From Vitrella brassicaformis CCMP3155 (taxonomy: Eukaryota; Protista; Chromerida), in NCBI GenBank assembly GCA_001179505.1, contig CDMY01000553.1:248001-312000 (forward strand): a DNA stretch of 64,000 nucleotides, given 5' to 3'. Shown in pieces: positions 21,837 through 37,340 of this stretch; within the stretch, counting starts at the first letter, position 1; each line of letters starts with the position of its first letter. The notes beneath the pieces were generated by a model, which made no database searches, was not told where the DNA came from, and saw only the letters and a list, made by a program, of their open reading frames with translations. The translations under genes and the position numbers were made by a program.

Positions 21837-23997
21837 ATGCCTTGGTGGTCCAAATGGCATCCGTTCCAAGTGGACAGGCCCTTCAAATGGTGGCTGGTCC
21901 GGGTGTTGATCGTCACTTTCGCCCTGACCATCTTGAACATCGTGCTCGTCCTCCGCCGCACAGACATATACCTCCCAACCCACAGCCTTCGACAGCCACA
22001 CAGAGAAGCCGCCGGGCGTGCACATCGACTTCGGCAGCCGCCGCAGCTGGCCGCGGACGTGTCTGCACTGAAGCATGAAGTCGTGTACCCGGGGGGCGGC
22101 AATGAGTCCGATTTGCTGTGGCAGTACCGCCAGATGTGGCCGTCGGAACGGTGGCTGGAGCGGCATGTCAAGCCATTCACGCAGCCGCCCATTCGCCTTA
22201 ACATCAGCCATGAGCTGGTCCGCCTTCTCGACACACCAGCGACGACGAAGGTCTCAGCTCCCTTCCTGGCCATCATCATTCCGACCGTGCCGCGGGGGAA
22301 TGGCACCGACTACCTCAACCCGACACTCGCAGCACTGATCCAGCAGCTGGATGGATCATCAGCAGGCGGACTGTCGTCTCTTTCTTCCGACGATACGAGG
22401 GCTCTCGGTGCGCTGAAGAGGCGCGTCGGTGTGTTGGTGTATCATGCCTTTGAGGAGGGCAGGGCGGCGATGCCGCACGCCGCTCTCGACAAGGCAGAAG
22501 AGACATACCGCCGTGATCGGCGAGTGAAGATTGTGAGGGAGGGGCATGATTACGTCGGTGCGCCGTGCTCACCAGCAGCAGGTGCGTCAGCACACACACG
22601 TCCCCTTCCCCACAGCCCCAGTCATAGATAGACTGCTTCCTGCGTCTTGCAGGTCGTCGTGACGAAGGCCAGACACCTCCCGGCCCCACAACCCGCCGCC
22701 ATACGTGTGATGTGATCCATCTGTTCAAGACGGCCCTGCACGAGTTTTCGTTGACGCCGTATTTCCTGCTGATGGAGGACGACTTCGTCGTGTGTGCGGG
22801 GGGCGTGCTGGCCCTGCTGTGGGCCATGCTCAAGGCGACCAGGTACTTTGGCCAATGGAGCGCCCTCAGAGTCAGTCTCGGTGAGCTCACAAGCGACCCG
22901 CCCGGCCACCCATTCTGTCTGCAGATGTGCTCGTGGTCTATGTCTGTCTGGTTCTGTCGTCTGTCAGGCCTTAATGGTCTTGTGTTGAAGCGTGCGGACA
23001 TCCCCCTGCTGTCGCATTTTCTCTACAGCAACGGCATGGCCCTTCCTGTGGACCTGCTCGTCAACTACTGGCTGAGCAAGAGACGCGTGCCGAGTGCAAC
23101 GGCAGGAGGAGGAGGCACAGGCACAGATGGACGGCTCAGGCAGTCATCGGCGGCGTACTTGCGTGACCGGATCCCGCTGGTGTATCGGTACAACCTGATG
23201 CAGCACATTGGGGACCTTTCGGCGTACCCAGGTGCGTCCAGACACCCACAACAGTTGCGGAATAATGGCAGGGAGGAGGAAAGTTTGTTTGTGTGTGTCT
23301 GTGTCAGGCTATCGCTTCCACGAGGCCCGGCCAGGCCTCCGCTGCTATGAGACCATCGGCTCCTACATGGACGTGTTCGAGTCATTCGACCTCTCACGCT
23401 GCCCCCAGGATGACATATTCCCCTGCCACACCACACACCCCATAGCCCCGCTAAAGCACTGGGGGGTAGGGCGTGCAGAGGGCCGTGATCATGGTCATGA
23501 GCTGACGCTGGTCGCAGCCATGGTGGGTCAGGCGTGTGTCGATGCCTGTAGAGAGCGGGGAGCGGAGTGCGATGCGACTGGCTTTGTCAAGGTGAGAGGG
23601 GGACACATGCGCAGAGAGAGAGAGAGAGACATGAAGTGCGCAGAGTCCCCAAGTGTTTGTTCGCATCGTCAGGCCAACAGTTGTGGTGCTTTGCTGGAGC
23701 ACTTTCCGTGTGGAGGTGGTTGCTGGAAGGGCCATGGCCGCGTCAACCCCCTCTACATCGCCACTCAACAGCACCAGCCGAGGACAGCGGATGTGGGCAG
23801 GTGGCACGCACCAACCAATGAGACAGGAAGGTGCGTGTCATTAATGACGCGTGGCGGTGTGTGTGTGTCACGGCTCTGTGTGTGGTGTGGTATGCAGATG
23901 TGTGGTTGGTGGTGAGGCGGATCGCTCGACGTGTCAGGGCCACCATGAGGGCACACGCCGGCTGTGCCCATGCAGCAGCGGGCCATCCATGGTGTGA
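21837..23997 (+). CDS. GT54/MGAT4-like N-acetylglucosaminyltransferase (type II membrane) with Cys-rich C-terminal domain
   Basis: TM segment WLVRVLIVTFALTILNIVLVL; FLAIIIPTVPRGNGTDYLNPTL; YFLLMEDDFVVC (DxD-like); GLNGLVLKRAD; LPVDLL; YRYNLMQHIGDLS. C-terminal GQACVDACRERGAEC...C...GHHEGTRRLCPC. Confidence 0.75.
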
Positions 23998-24726
23998 CTG
24001 GCCATGACACACAATGCAATCAATCCATCCACATACATGTTCTTGACGACAAGACCGGCATAAAGACGTCCATCGTTGAGCCACTGCGTTGATTCCTTCT
24101 CGTCCCATCTCGTCCCATCACGGCACGGCACGCACCTCCCTCGACCCTCGATGCATCCCAGATGTGACTCTCTTCTTGCGTCCATCCATCTATCCATCCA
24201 TCCATCCGTTAGCACAACAACTATCATTCTTGGGTGGGATAAAGAGCATGGAGACACACACATGCCACGCACAGACACACTGACTGATAAAACAGCAACA
24301 CGGCACAGAGCGGACGCGGAGTGAGTTGGGCGCAAAAAGGCCAGGCCAGGGCGCATGGACGGGTACCACAGACACTGACTGACACGCAACATGGTGGTTG
24401 GGTGGGATGTGTGTGTGAGTGAAGACGTGACGGGCAGAGGACCCCGCACCACACCGCACTTGGCAGGGCAGGGGAAACAAGGCTGATAGCGATACAATAC
24501 ATCCAGGAGCTGCAGCGGGAGGGCCAAAAACCACCGCCCCAGACACCACACTCTCTCCTTCCCCTTGTCGCCCAGACATCCACATCCACACACACACTCA
24601 TACTACTCTCGTCCTACCACCCTCCCTCCCTCCTGACACCACCCTACTGATGACTAGAAAAGTGTCGCTCGCAACACGACACACGCAGGATGTGACGTTG
24701 TCTGGCTGGCTGGCTGGCTGGCTCGT

Positions 24727-26979
<2,253 letters not shown>

Positions 26980-27091
26980 GGGGTTGCGGCGGCCTTGTCC
27001 TCGGAGATCTAGCCTAAAATCGGGAGAGATCGTCAGCGAGTCGCAAAGCTCGCAATGAGACCAGGAGCCCGCCGTTCTTTCGTTGGTCGTG

Positions 27092-28585
27092 ATGAGTACA
27101 GAGGAGCGTCCGTTGGCGGTGGCACCACGCACCAACAGCATCGATGAGTTCATCAAGCAGGTCAAGGCCCGGGGCGCCAAGTACAAACCCGAGGGGCTGG
27201 AGTTGGTCGAGGCCCTCATCGCCAGCCAGGACGACCAGGCGGCATTTGACAACTGCCTCATGCAGCTGGAGTGGCATGTCACCGGCATCGGGGCGGCGCA
27301 GGATCAGCAGCGGGCCTATGATTTGACGGCGGTGATGGTGAATCGCAAGGCGTTGAGGGTGCTGATTGAGGCCATGAGGGCGCCCAAGACGCCCGAGAGC
27401 CAAGTACATGCTTCAAAGTGAGAAGGAGAGAGCGAAGAGGGTGCCTGGAGACGGCCGTTTGTTCATTGCTCTGTCTGTGTGGTTGTGTGTTGGAATGTGT
27501 GTATCGTGTGGTGCAGCATCGTAGAGGCGTTGTGTCGGTTGAGCCACCCCTCCTTCATCCTCACCTACTCGGGCACCCTCGACCCCCCTGACGTAGCCGT
27601 AAGCCGAGCCAAACAAAAGCAGAGAGAAGAAAGAACTCTCTCATCTCTCCTCTCTCTCACCTCATTGTAGGGTTACTTCGCCTGCATCAATCGCATCCCG
27701 CTGCACCCCACCGACAAGGTCTACAAGCCCCACACCCTCGCCGAGCACGTCACACGAGCTCGGTTCCGGCTGCTGTGGGCGGCTGGCAAGGTGAGCGCCG
27801 AGGGGGCCTCCATATGGCGGGGCACCGACATCGACTTCCGCGACTACATCTTGACCCACTACCCCGAAGTGGTCCCCGAGTGTATGGGCATCGTGGGGTC
27901 GCCGGGCCACATGGCCGGGGAAGCGGCCTTGGACTTCTTGGGGGTCCTGATGATCAAGGATGCCTGGCCGTCGGTCATGCCGGTTTCCGGTGAGTATAAG
28001 GAAGGGGTGGAGAGATGCATGTGGAGAGACCTCTCTCTCTTTGTGTGTGTGTGTGTCTGTTGTGTGTGTATGTGTGTTTATGGGATGCAGTTGTGATGGG
28101 CATGACCACTGGATTGGTGGACGGGGCCATCGGAAGGGCATGCTTCATCGAGCAGCAGCTCCAGCAACTCAGAAGCAGCTGCAGCACCAGCAGCAGCGTT
28201 GGGAGTGGTGGGGGTGAGGATGCCGCCGCCGGGCAGCCCACCAAGGCGAGTACCTCCAGCACCGCCATCACCACCGCCACCACCAGCAGCACCACCAGCA
28301 GTGAGGTGGTCTTGGATGAGTCCAAGTACGTCGGCCTGGTGCACACGCTCGACCTGGCCAGCTGGATGGAGAGCAACCTGCGCAGGGCACTGGAGAAAAG
28401 TAGGCCAGCCGCAGGCAGCACAGGGGGGAGTGGTGGGTGGCTCGTCCATCAAAAGAGGCACCAGCAATGTGTCACATGGATACTATGAGTCCTTTCCATC
28501 TCCCCTCCCCCCAATTGAGCATGGCTGTCAGTGCGCAAGGACGACTTTGAGGAAGTCTACCACGCGGCCGTCAAGGTGACACACA

Positions 28586-28621
<36 letters not shown>

Positions 28622-31600
28622 ATGGCTCCCTGGGGTGCACGTGGGTGTGGGTGTGGGTGTGGGTGTGTGGGCAGGAACACTGTCGGCAGAAGATGGTGTC
28701 CAACCTGGCAGCGCTGGCCAAGGGTCAGTGCTGCGAGGACAAGCCCGTGCTCAAGTGGACAGCCACCATGGTCCTGAGCTACATCCTCAACCTGGCCACT
28801 GAGCGTACACACGCACACACACAGATGCACACGCGCACAGCCCCGGTGTGTTTGGTTTGCCTTGATGCAGCGTGGCTCACTGACGGCAACGGGCATCTGG
28901 TGGACGCCGCCGGCGTTCGTAACGGCCACTGCAGGATGGTGTTCGACGATGAGGAGGTCCTCAGACACATCGCACAGACATTCAGGTGCGTGTGTGCGTG
29001 GGGGCGTGCATCAAAACCAATCCACTGTCCACCGTGTGTGTGTGGATGCAGGAAGGAGCCCCGCGGGCACCCCCGTCTGCTGAAGCACCACATGATCTGT
29101 ATCACCTTCCTGCCGTGGCTGCTCATGGGTTCGTTGTGTGGACGCCCACACGCACACACCGACGGCACAGCACACACACGTGTGTGCGTGTGTGTGTGCG
29201 TCAGAGGTGATGGACCACGCGAGCGTGGTGCGTGTGGGGTTCCTCACGACGCTCATCAGGCTGGCCAAAGAGGAGAGAATCATCAAGGGCGAACTCGGTA
29301 CCGATGGATGGATGGATGGATGGATGTGGGCGTGCGTGACACGGCACAGACAGCCTGAGATGATGACATTGTGTGTGTGTGTGTGTGTGCGTTGTGCAGG
29401 TCGCTTGTGCACCGCCCGTGTGCTGTATCTGTTGGGAGTTCTCGCCAAAGGCCACGAGAAGGTCATCCTATACCCAACACACGCACAGACAGCGATCCTT
29501 CCTACTAGTCCGTGTGTGAGTGTGGGTGCAGGAGTGTGTTCGCGAGGGTTTGCTGGAGGGTTTGTGTAGTCTGCTGTACTGGCAGGCCAGGGGCGAGCTG
29601 GCCGTCAACGTCGAAGCCGCCGCATGCCTCATGCTCGAGGACATCGTCAGGTCAGCCACGACAGCTGACACCCCAACACACGGCAACACACATATTACAC
29701 CTCTGTGTGTGTGTGTGTGTGTATGTGTGTGTATGTGTGTGTTCAGGTACGGCGATAGTTTGGTGGACCAGGGCACCCACCGCCGCAACAGCTACGTCCA
29801 CATCATCCTGCAGGTCAGCACCACAGACAATGGCAGCAAATATTATCCCCCTTGAGTTGTGTGTCGCATAAATGTGTCTTCTCTGCTGCAGCTAGATTGC
29901 GTCAAGAAGATGCGGGCATCCGCCCACAAGACCCGCAAGGGCAGCCAACTCAACGTGCAGCAGAATGTGCGCCGATCCACCCACCCAACACACCCTCACA
30001 CCCACATGAGGCACTCCACCCCGTATGTGTGTGTGTTCAGCTTTTGGACTTCTTCTCGCGCATCGAGGGCGAGGAGTTCCAGCGCACCGACAGGATGATG
30101 GAGAGCTTCGACGACGACCACCAACACACAAACCACCACCAACCCCACTCCACGGCCACATTACTGTCGTCATACGGCAGGAGGGGAGGGGGCGACAAGA
30201 AGCACACAGCCAACCGAAGAGCAAAGGGCGGACGCACCAGCACCAACACCAACACCAAGACACACACGCAGCAGCAGCAGCAGCAGCAGCGCACCAATGC
30301 CGCTGGGGGGTGAGCAGGAACAGAAGTTTACCCACAAAGGCCTGTCCACACACAAGGGCTTGTTCCTTGCCGTGATGTCTGATCGATTTATGTGTTAGGG
30401 GTGGTGAAGGGCAGCCAAGTGAGGGCGGCTCACCTTCGCCCGACGGCAATGATGGCAGTCCGGCTGCCGCGAGCTCCTCTGCTGCAAGCCCCGACGACGG
30501 GTGACCGACACGAGCACACAGAGAGAGGAGAGGCCGGCCGGGCTGACATTTCTTCCTGTGAGTGTTGTGTGCAGGTGTGTCCCATCTGACCCTTCGCTTA
30601 GCCCCGGCAACGGCAATGCTGCCGATGACCACCACCAGGATACTGATGGGTGCGGACAAACAAACAAAACACGCACGACACACGGACAGAAGCCATCATC
30701 ATCCAGGCAGCCACACACCCGCACACCCACACACCATCTCCCGCTATTTGTCTGTCATCTGTCAGTGCCCCCGAGTTATCGGATCGGTTCCAGGCCATAG
30801 TTGCCGAGGAGGAGGACCTGAACGGCCACCCCCCGCCGGAACGCGTAATGCGTAGCTTGCGCGTCGAGACCCACACGTGCGTGAGAAGACACCCGCACCG
30901 CAACACAGACACAGCTGCACACAGCACGACCGTATGTGGGCTGGGTTTGCAGGACGGTAGAGAATGTGGAGGAGGACAACGCTCTTAACTCGGGCAGCAA
31001 GAATGAGACCAGGTCGGTGGGGAGGCAGGCAGGCAGCGAGGCAGCCAGATGGTTCACACATCTGTGTGTTGGTATGTGGGTGTGTCATTTGGGTGTGTCG
31101 TGTCGATGTGTGTGTCGTGTCGGTCAGGTGTGATGCGGAGAGGGAGATCGAGTCGCTGAAGCAGCAGCTGGCCGAGAAGGACGCTATCATAGACAACATG
31201 CAGCAGACCCAGCACTGGTACACACACACACACACGCACACACACACACTCACACGCACACTCACACAAACTCTCTCTCTCGGCGTGTGTGTGTGTAGGT
31301 CTGCTGCCAAGGTGCGCGAGTTGGACATGGTCAGGTTCGAGAGCCAGCTCAAGGACGCACTCATCCTCGACAAGGACAGACAGATAGAACGGTTCGTGTT
31401 TGTGGGTGGGTGGGTGGGTGGGCGAGTCGAAGGCACCATACGGTCACACGCCGCCCGTATGTGTTGCTGCCAACATGATCAGGTTGGAGAAGTCCTTCGC
31501 CCATCTCAACAGCGACCCAGCCGAGTGAGCATCCCATATTCCTCAACCACACGCACACGCGCACCTCTGTCACCTTAAGCTATCCCTGTCTGTCTGTGTG

Positions 31601-31848
31601 TGTGTGTGTATGTGTGTGTATGTGGCGATAGGTTGTCGGCTGAGCTGTCGTCGCTGACTACCGAGTCGCAGCTGCAGGACTTCTCCGCCCGTCTGATGGA
31701 CCGGCAGGTGGCCCTCTCAGAGACCATGAGCGTCATCTCCCGGCAGCTGCCCGTGCTGCAGAGCCTCTCCATGCAGACGCAGCAGAGTATACACGCAGTG
31801 AGGGCGGAGGAGGGCCGGGCTGCCGGGCAGGGGCAGCCGACAGATTAG
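27092..31848 (+). CDS. Large uncharacterised protein, probably helical-repeat N-terminal region with low-complexity inserts and a C-terminal coiled coil (many exons)
   Basis: Chain of GC-rich exons flanked by canonical splice sites and (GT)n introns. C-terminal heptads EREIESLKQQLAEKDAIIDNMQ..VRFESQLKDALILDKDRQIERLSAEL. No family recognised. Confidence 0.6.
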
Positions 31849-32159
31849 GGAAGGGAGGAGAGAGAGGGGAGAGGAAGTCCTTTCTTCGTTTCATTCTGGT
31901 TGTGGATATGTGGATACGTTCACTCGTGTGCTTTTCCCACCCTCCAGTAGCCATCCATACGTCGCGCCTGACTGGTGCATGCTCGTGTGACGTTGTTTAT
32001 CGGTCGGTCATCGGACAGCTGGCCATACGAAGCCGTTGGTCATCATCACCGACCGCATGGGAGTTCAAACTCTTCACGCGATATGCAGTCACTGGCCACG
32101 CACACACACTGCTGAGACAGCAACTCGCCCCCGCTGTCTAAGATATCCATTTCTCCTCC

Positions 32160-32280
32160 GGCATCTCATGTATGTCTCATCCTGGCAACAAGAGACACAA
32201 CTCTCAATTGCTGACGTGCGCAGCTGCGAGAACAATGGGAACGTCAGGATATAAAATGTAGACAGCGATTTGCACCCATC
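32160..32280. repeat. About 110-bp family F 3' module; other copies at 34767-34870 and split between 35670-35726 and 36166-36222
   Basis: Shared atgtctcatcctg(g/a)caac..gagaca..gacgtgc.cagct followed by caatgggaacgtcaggatataaaatg(t/c)agac.gcgat.tgca. Confidence 0.85.
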
Positions 32281-32719
32281 CAGCCATCATCCAGGGGCAG
32301 CGGTAGAATACAACACGTACCGACCCCCTCCCTCCCTCCCCTCCCCTCCTCCGCCAGCCCTTCACATTGAGACTCCTCACTAGTACACATCACATTACAC
32401 CAGACGTACATACGCACAGAGAGACACCACGCTCTCGCAATAGCTTGACAGACGTCCCTTCCCCATTCCCCATCCCCCATCCCCCATCCCCCACTTACTC
32501 AGATTCAGTCTGGCCACTGCTTCAGAGAGAGAGAGACAGACAGACAGGCAGTCGTTAGGTTTCCTTCCAACCACCTACAGCCGCACGCCCAGCCCGCCCG
32601 CCCGTACACTTGTGTCTTTCCATCCATTCATTCATCCATCCATCCATCCAAAATCAGCGGCATTCAAGACTCCCTCAATACAACCCCCACGACACCCTCC
32701 CTCCCCCTTCCAGCGCATC

Positions 32720-35700
32720 TCACTGGCCGCAACATTTTGAGCGGCTAATCGCCCGTCGCTCTCGCATCGCCGGCAGCGGAAGCCTGGCAGGCTGCGGTGG
32801 GGGAGGCGGGGGCAACCAAACCGGCCGCGGAAGCATGTGCGACGGGACGATATGCGGCGGAAGGAAGTGGATGTGGCAGGGAGGATGCCCGATGAGGGGA
32901 TGGGGGATGAGGGTAGGGGGCGGGCCGACGGGCACAGGTCGTGCAGCGGCAGAAGCTGCAGTAGTAGGACGTGGCCGAGCAGCTAGCGGCATGGCGGGGG
33001 GCAGCATGATGGGGGGCTCGTCTGGAATCCCCTCACCCGCGCCTTCGTCAACGTCGCTGCCGAGATGCTCTCCACTCGCACTTGACAGCGAAGACAGCGA
33101 ACCGCCTGAACGAACACACATAGAGAGTAAAGGGGGAACGAGCGGTACTGCAGGTGCGTTTACGTATGCCGTGTCTTTCTGTCTGTGTGTCGACTGACCC
33201 TCCGCTCCGCTTGCTCGTCATCGCCCCCATGGCCACCATCGTCGTCATCGCCGAAGGTCCCCCAGCCATCGCCATCCTCCTGCCCGTGTGGTGGGTAGGC
33301 CGAAGCAGCAGCTGCTGACGCGTCCGCAGGCACGCCGACGGCCGTCTCCAGCTGCTGCTTCGCTTGTCCTTCCTGGCTGGGGTCGGTCGACTGCGGGGCA
33401 CTTAAACGAACACACACACAGAGTAAAGGGGGAATGAGCGGCAATGGGTGGGCGTTTATGTATCTGTGCTCTGTGTGTGTCGGCCTATGTGTCGACTGAC
33501 TCGATGCTTCCTCCCACGCCGCCGCGTCATCGTCGCCGATGACAAGAAACTGACCCCAGCCGTCGTCCTCCTCCTGCACCGCGCCCGCAACCTGGTGCTG
33601 GTGGTCGACTTCAGACGGAGCTGCTGGTGCGGGTGCGGCTGCCGACGTGTTGAGGGCCTCCTTGAGCTGCCGGTTCTGTTTGAAGGCAACAGGAGGACAC
33701 GACCGATTGATGCACACCGCAACCAAGGGGCGCCTCTTCATATTTGTACCTCCTCCTTCAGCTTCTCCATCTCCTGCTTGAGCTGCTCCATCTCCTCCTG
33801 GAGTTTTCTCTGTCCATGGCAGGGAAGGCAAACAGATATACATTCATTTGGTCCGTCCATTAATGCATTGAGCTCCCACATGTTTTCGGTCGACTCACGC
33901 CACCTGATCTGGAACCTCGTCCGATCTGTGCATTCACAATCGACAAGGCAGGCCGACAAGGCAGATCGTCTTTTGCGCCTGTCTGACGCCATGTGTGGCT
34001 TCCTTCTACCCTCGTAGCGCTCGCTTCCGACGAGGAGACGCCTGACCTCAAGACACCTGACGTGCTCACTGGATCTCCCAAGTACTACAGCAAAGACAGC
34101 AGAAGTACATATCAAGACTCACGACAAATGCATTCAGCCTTACGGTCCTTGATGGTGTGGTACATCTGGTTCCGCTGTTGTCCTCGCCTTCATCTTCCTC
34201 TGCCTCTTGATCGTCGCCATGGAAGTCATCTTGACTTGAAACCGGCGACGCGCCATCTGAATGGACACATACACACAGAGTAAAGTGGGACGTCTGTACG
34301 TGCGTGAGTGCGTGCGCCCGCGTGTGTGTATCACCTTGGATGTCCTGCTGCTCCTCGATGTCTGCATCGTCATCACTGCCGGCGCCCCTGTCGCTCTCTG
34401 CAGCGGCAGAGTGCCCCGCGGATGAACAACCTGACCCTGCGCAGAACACACACAAGAGTGAAAGGGGATGCGTCATGTTCGTGTGTGCGTTGTGTGTGCC
34501 CGTCCGTGTGTGTCGGCTGACTGACCTTCCTCTTCCTCACTCTCATTTCCTTCGCTCGCCGACTCCGACTCGCCATCCTCAAACCCATCACTCTCTTCGA
34601 CGGCCTGGGCCTCTCCCTCCCCCTCCCCCTCGTTAGCGTCGTTGGCCAGCCCGTCGTCCTGGCCCTGACAGACACATACGTAGGGACGCGAGATGGAAAA
34701 GGATGGTCACATGCACTCAGCCACAGATGAAGAGAAAACGCTTACGTACTGTACCTGGCCGGGATCTCATGTCTCATCCTGGCAACGATGAGACACACCT
34801 GATGACGTGCTTGCAGCTAAACGAAAGCAATGGGAACGTCAGGATATAAAATGCAGACAACGATCTGCAACATGTTCAACGGCCAATGATGGTCTAGGTA
34901 CGTCCACGGCCGTCTCCAGCTGCTGCCTCTGACCGATGGACTGCGGGGCACCTAAACGAAGACACACACAGAGTAAAGGGGGAATGAGCGGCAATGGGTG
35001 TGCGTTTCTGTGTGCTGTGTGTGCACGTCTGTCTGTCTGTCTGTCTGTCTGTCGACTGACCTTCCTCTCCGTCGTGCATCGGTTCAGGCGGTGCTCCTGG
35101 CGCGGTAGCCGACACAATAGGCCCCTCCTTGAGCTGCCGGTTCTGTTTGAAGGCAACAGAAGGACACGACCGATCCATCTCCTCCTGAAGTTTTGTCTGT
35201 CAAAGGAAAGGAAGACAACATACCCCGACATACACACGGCGCCTTCTCTGCATCATCCTAGAGGGCGCACTAGGGTCGACAAACTCGCTCCGTCTCGCAG
35301 GCAGGCTCACGTTCATTATCTTCTCGTCGACCCAGAGGTTCTCGGTCGACTCGCGCCACTGCCTGTAAAATTTGATTCTGTCTGCATTCACGCAGACACA
35401 GACAGACGCACAATCGATGTCCAATGCAGACTGGTCATCTCTCGTTCTCTGTGACTGACTCTCTGATCCCTTAATAATTACCCTGTAGGTGTGCCGTTTC
35501 GTGGAGGATGCGCTTGACCTCTTGTACCCTGACGAAATCGTTGTAGCTGTCGAGGCCTGCATGTCAATCATATGCTATGCAATGGACACCGTCGCATTCA
35601 CCCTCACACTGCTTGATGGTGCGGTACATGTTCTCTCGGTCCTTCATCAGCTCCGTCATGTTGTTATGCTCATGTCTCATCCTGACAACAAGAGACATAA

Positions 35701-37340
35701 CTCTCAATTGATGACGTGCGCAGCTCAGCAGCAGCAGCCGTGGTGGCCGTCGGCACATCCACTGGCGGCTTGGCCTCCTCGGCAGGCGGCTCGGCCTCGG
35801 CCTCGTGGGCAGTTGTGGGTGGGGGAGCAGGCAGGGCGTCGTCTTGGGCAGGGGCGGGGGCGGGGGAGGCACCGTCCTTGGTGGGTGATTCGGTGCTGGA
35901 CTTGGTCATCTTCTTCTTGTTCTTGCGCTTCTTCTTGCCGTCAGCCTTGGTCTCGATGTCTGACTCGTCGTCGTCGATGAAGACAGAGAAGCGGTTGCCC
36001 GCCAGTTTCTTCTTTCCCTTGGCGGGTGAGGCCGCGTAGGGGGAGCAGATGGGGGGCGCCTGGCACCTACGAACGAATACCCAGCCGTCAGCGTTGGTAG
36101 CGCGCTCGCGCCGGATGGCGCCGGGCAGCTGCAACTGGGTAGACGCCAGGGGGGGTGATTCAAAGGCTACGAAAGCAATGGGAACGTCAGGATATAAAAT
36201 GTAGACAGCGATTTGCAACATCTTAAACCAATGGGCACGAGTCGCGCAGCGGCAGGTTCTGCGGTAGTCGGAGATGAACAACCTGACCCATGTGGAGGAG
36301 AATGTGTCTTGTTTGTGTGTGCATGGTTTGTGTGCCCGTCCGTGTGAGTCGACTAAGTGACTGACCGTCCGTCTCACCCTCGTTGTTTTCGCTCTCCGAA
36401 TCCGACTCGTCATCCTCATCGTCGTCGCTGTCTTCAGCAGCGGATGCAACACTCCCGGCCCCCTGTCCCCCTCCTCGCTGGCCACCCCGCCCTCCTGAGC
36501 CTGACAGACACATAAGCACAGACGCGAGATGAAAAAGGGTGTAAGACACGGGTGAATGAAGAGAAGACGCCTACGTACCTGGCCGGTTGCCCAGATATCC
36601 AGGGCTGTCTTGAGCTTCTTGTTCTGATTGAAGGCAACAGGAGGACACCATGATTGATTGCATCACACCCTATCTCAGTCGTGCTGTGCAGTTGCTGACC
36701 TCCTCTCTCAGTCCGTTGACCTCCTCCTGCGCTATCTCCTGGGCCCAAACCGATAAGGCCAGACAGATGTACAACTTGCATTTTCGGTGTGTTAGCAGCA
36801 CGTAGACTTACCTTCTCTTCTCGCTCCTTGCACCAAAGGAGATGGACGTTTTCTAAGTCCTTCTTGTACTTGTTGGCCCTCTCTGTGCAATCACACACAA
36901 GCCAGCCAGGCAGGCAGCCAGGCAGGCCCGCCTATGGTCGCGCTTTGTCACAGTGACTGCATGACTGCCTTACCGTGCTTAAAGGCCCTGTCCCGCAACA
37001 CCTGCGCAACCTCCATATACCTCACCCAGTCGTCGTAGCAGCTTTCCAGACCTACAGGACGCACACAATGCGCACAGACATACACCCTCTCTCTCCATCC
37101 GCATGTATCAGAGAAACAACTTACAGTCCTTGATTGTGTGGATCAGAAGGCCATCTGATGGGTCAGCCTCGATGAGCTCTTTCACCTTGAGGCTGACGAG
37201 GGTCGGGGCCAGCACTCGACATTCGGGCAGCATCGGCAACGTGCTGCCCGTCCTCTTCCCCTTCCACTGCGACGGGTCGATGGGCATCTTGGTGATTTCC
37301 TCGGTCTGCTTCAGCAGCACACGGTAGGTAATAATCAAGC
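32720..37340 (-). CDS. Family F tandem array: three partially overlapping or fused units of the coiled-coil/Pro-rich gene (some likely non-functional)
   Basis: Exon-2 homologs near 37050-36975, 35557-35485 and 34085-34012. Exon-3 homologs (..WRE.TE.LW..) at 36885, 35370 and 33925. Segment 32720-33950 is clearly paralogous, including introns, to 14589-15440. Confidence 0.6.
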
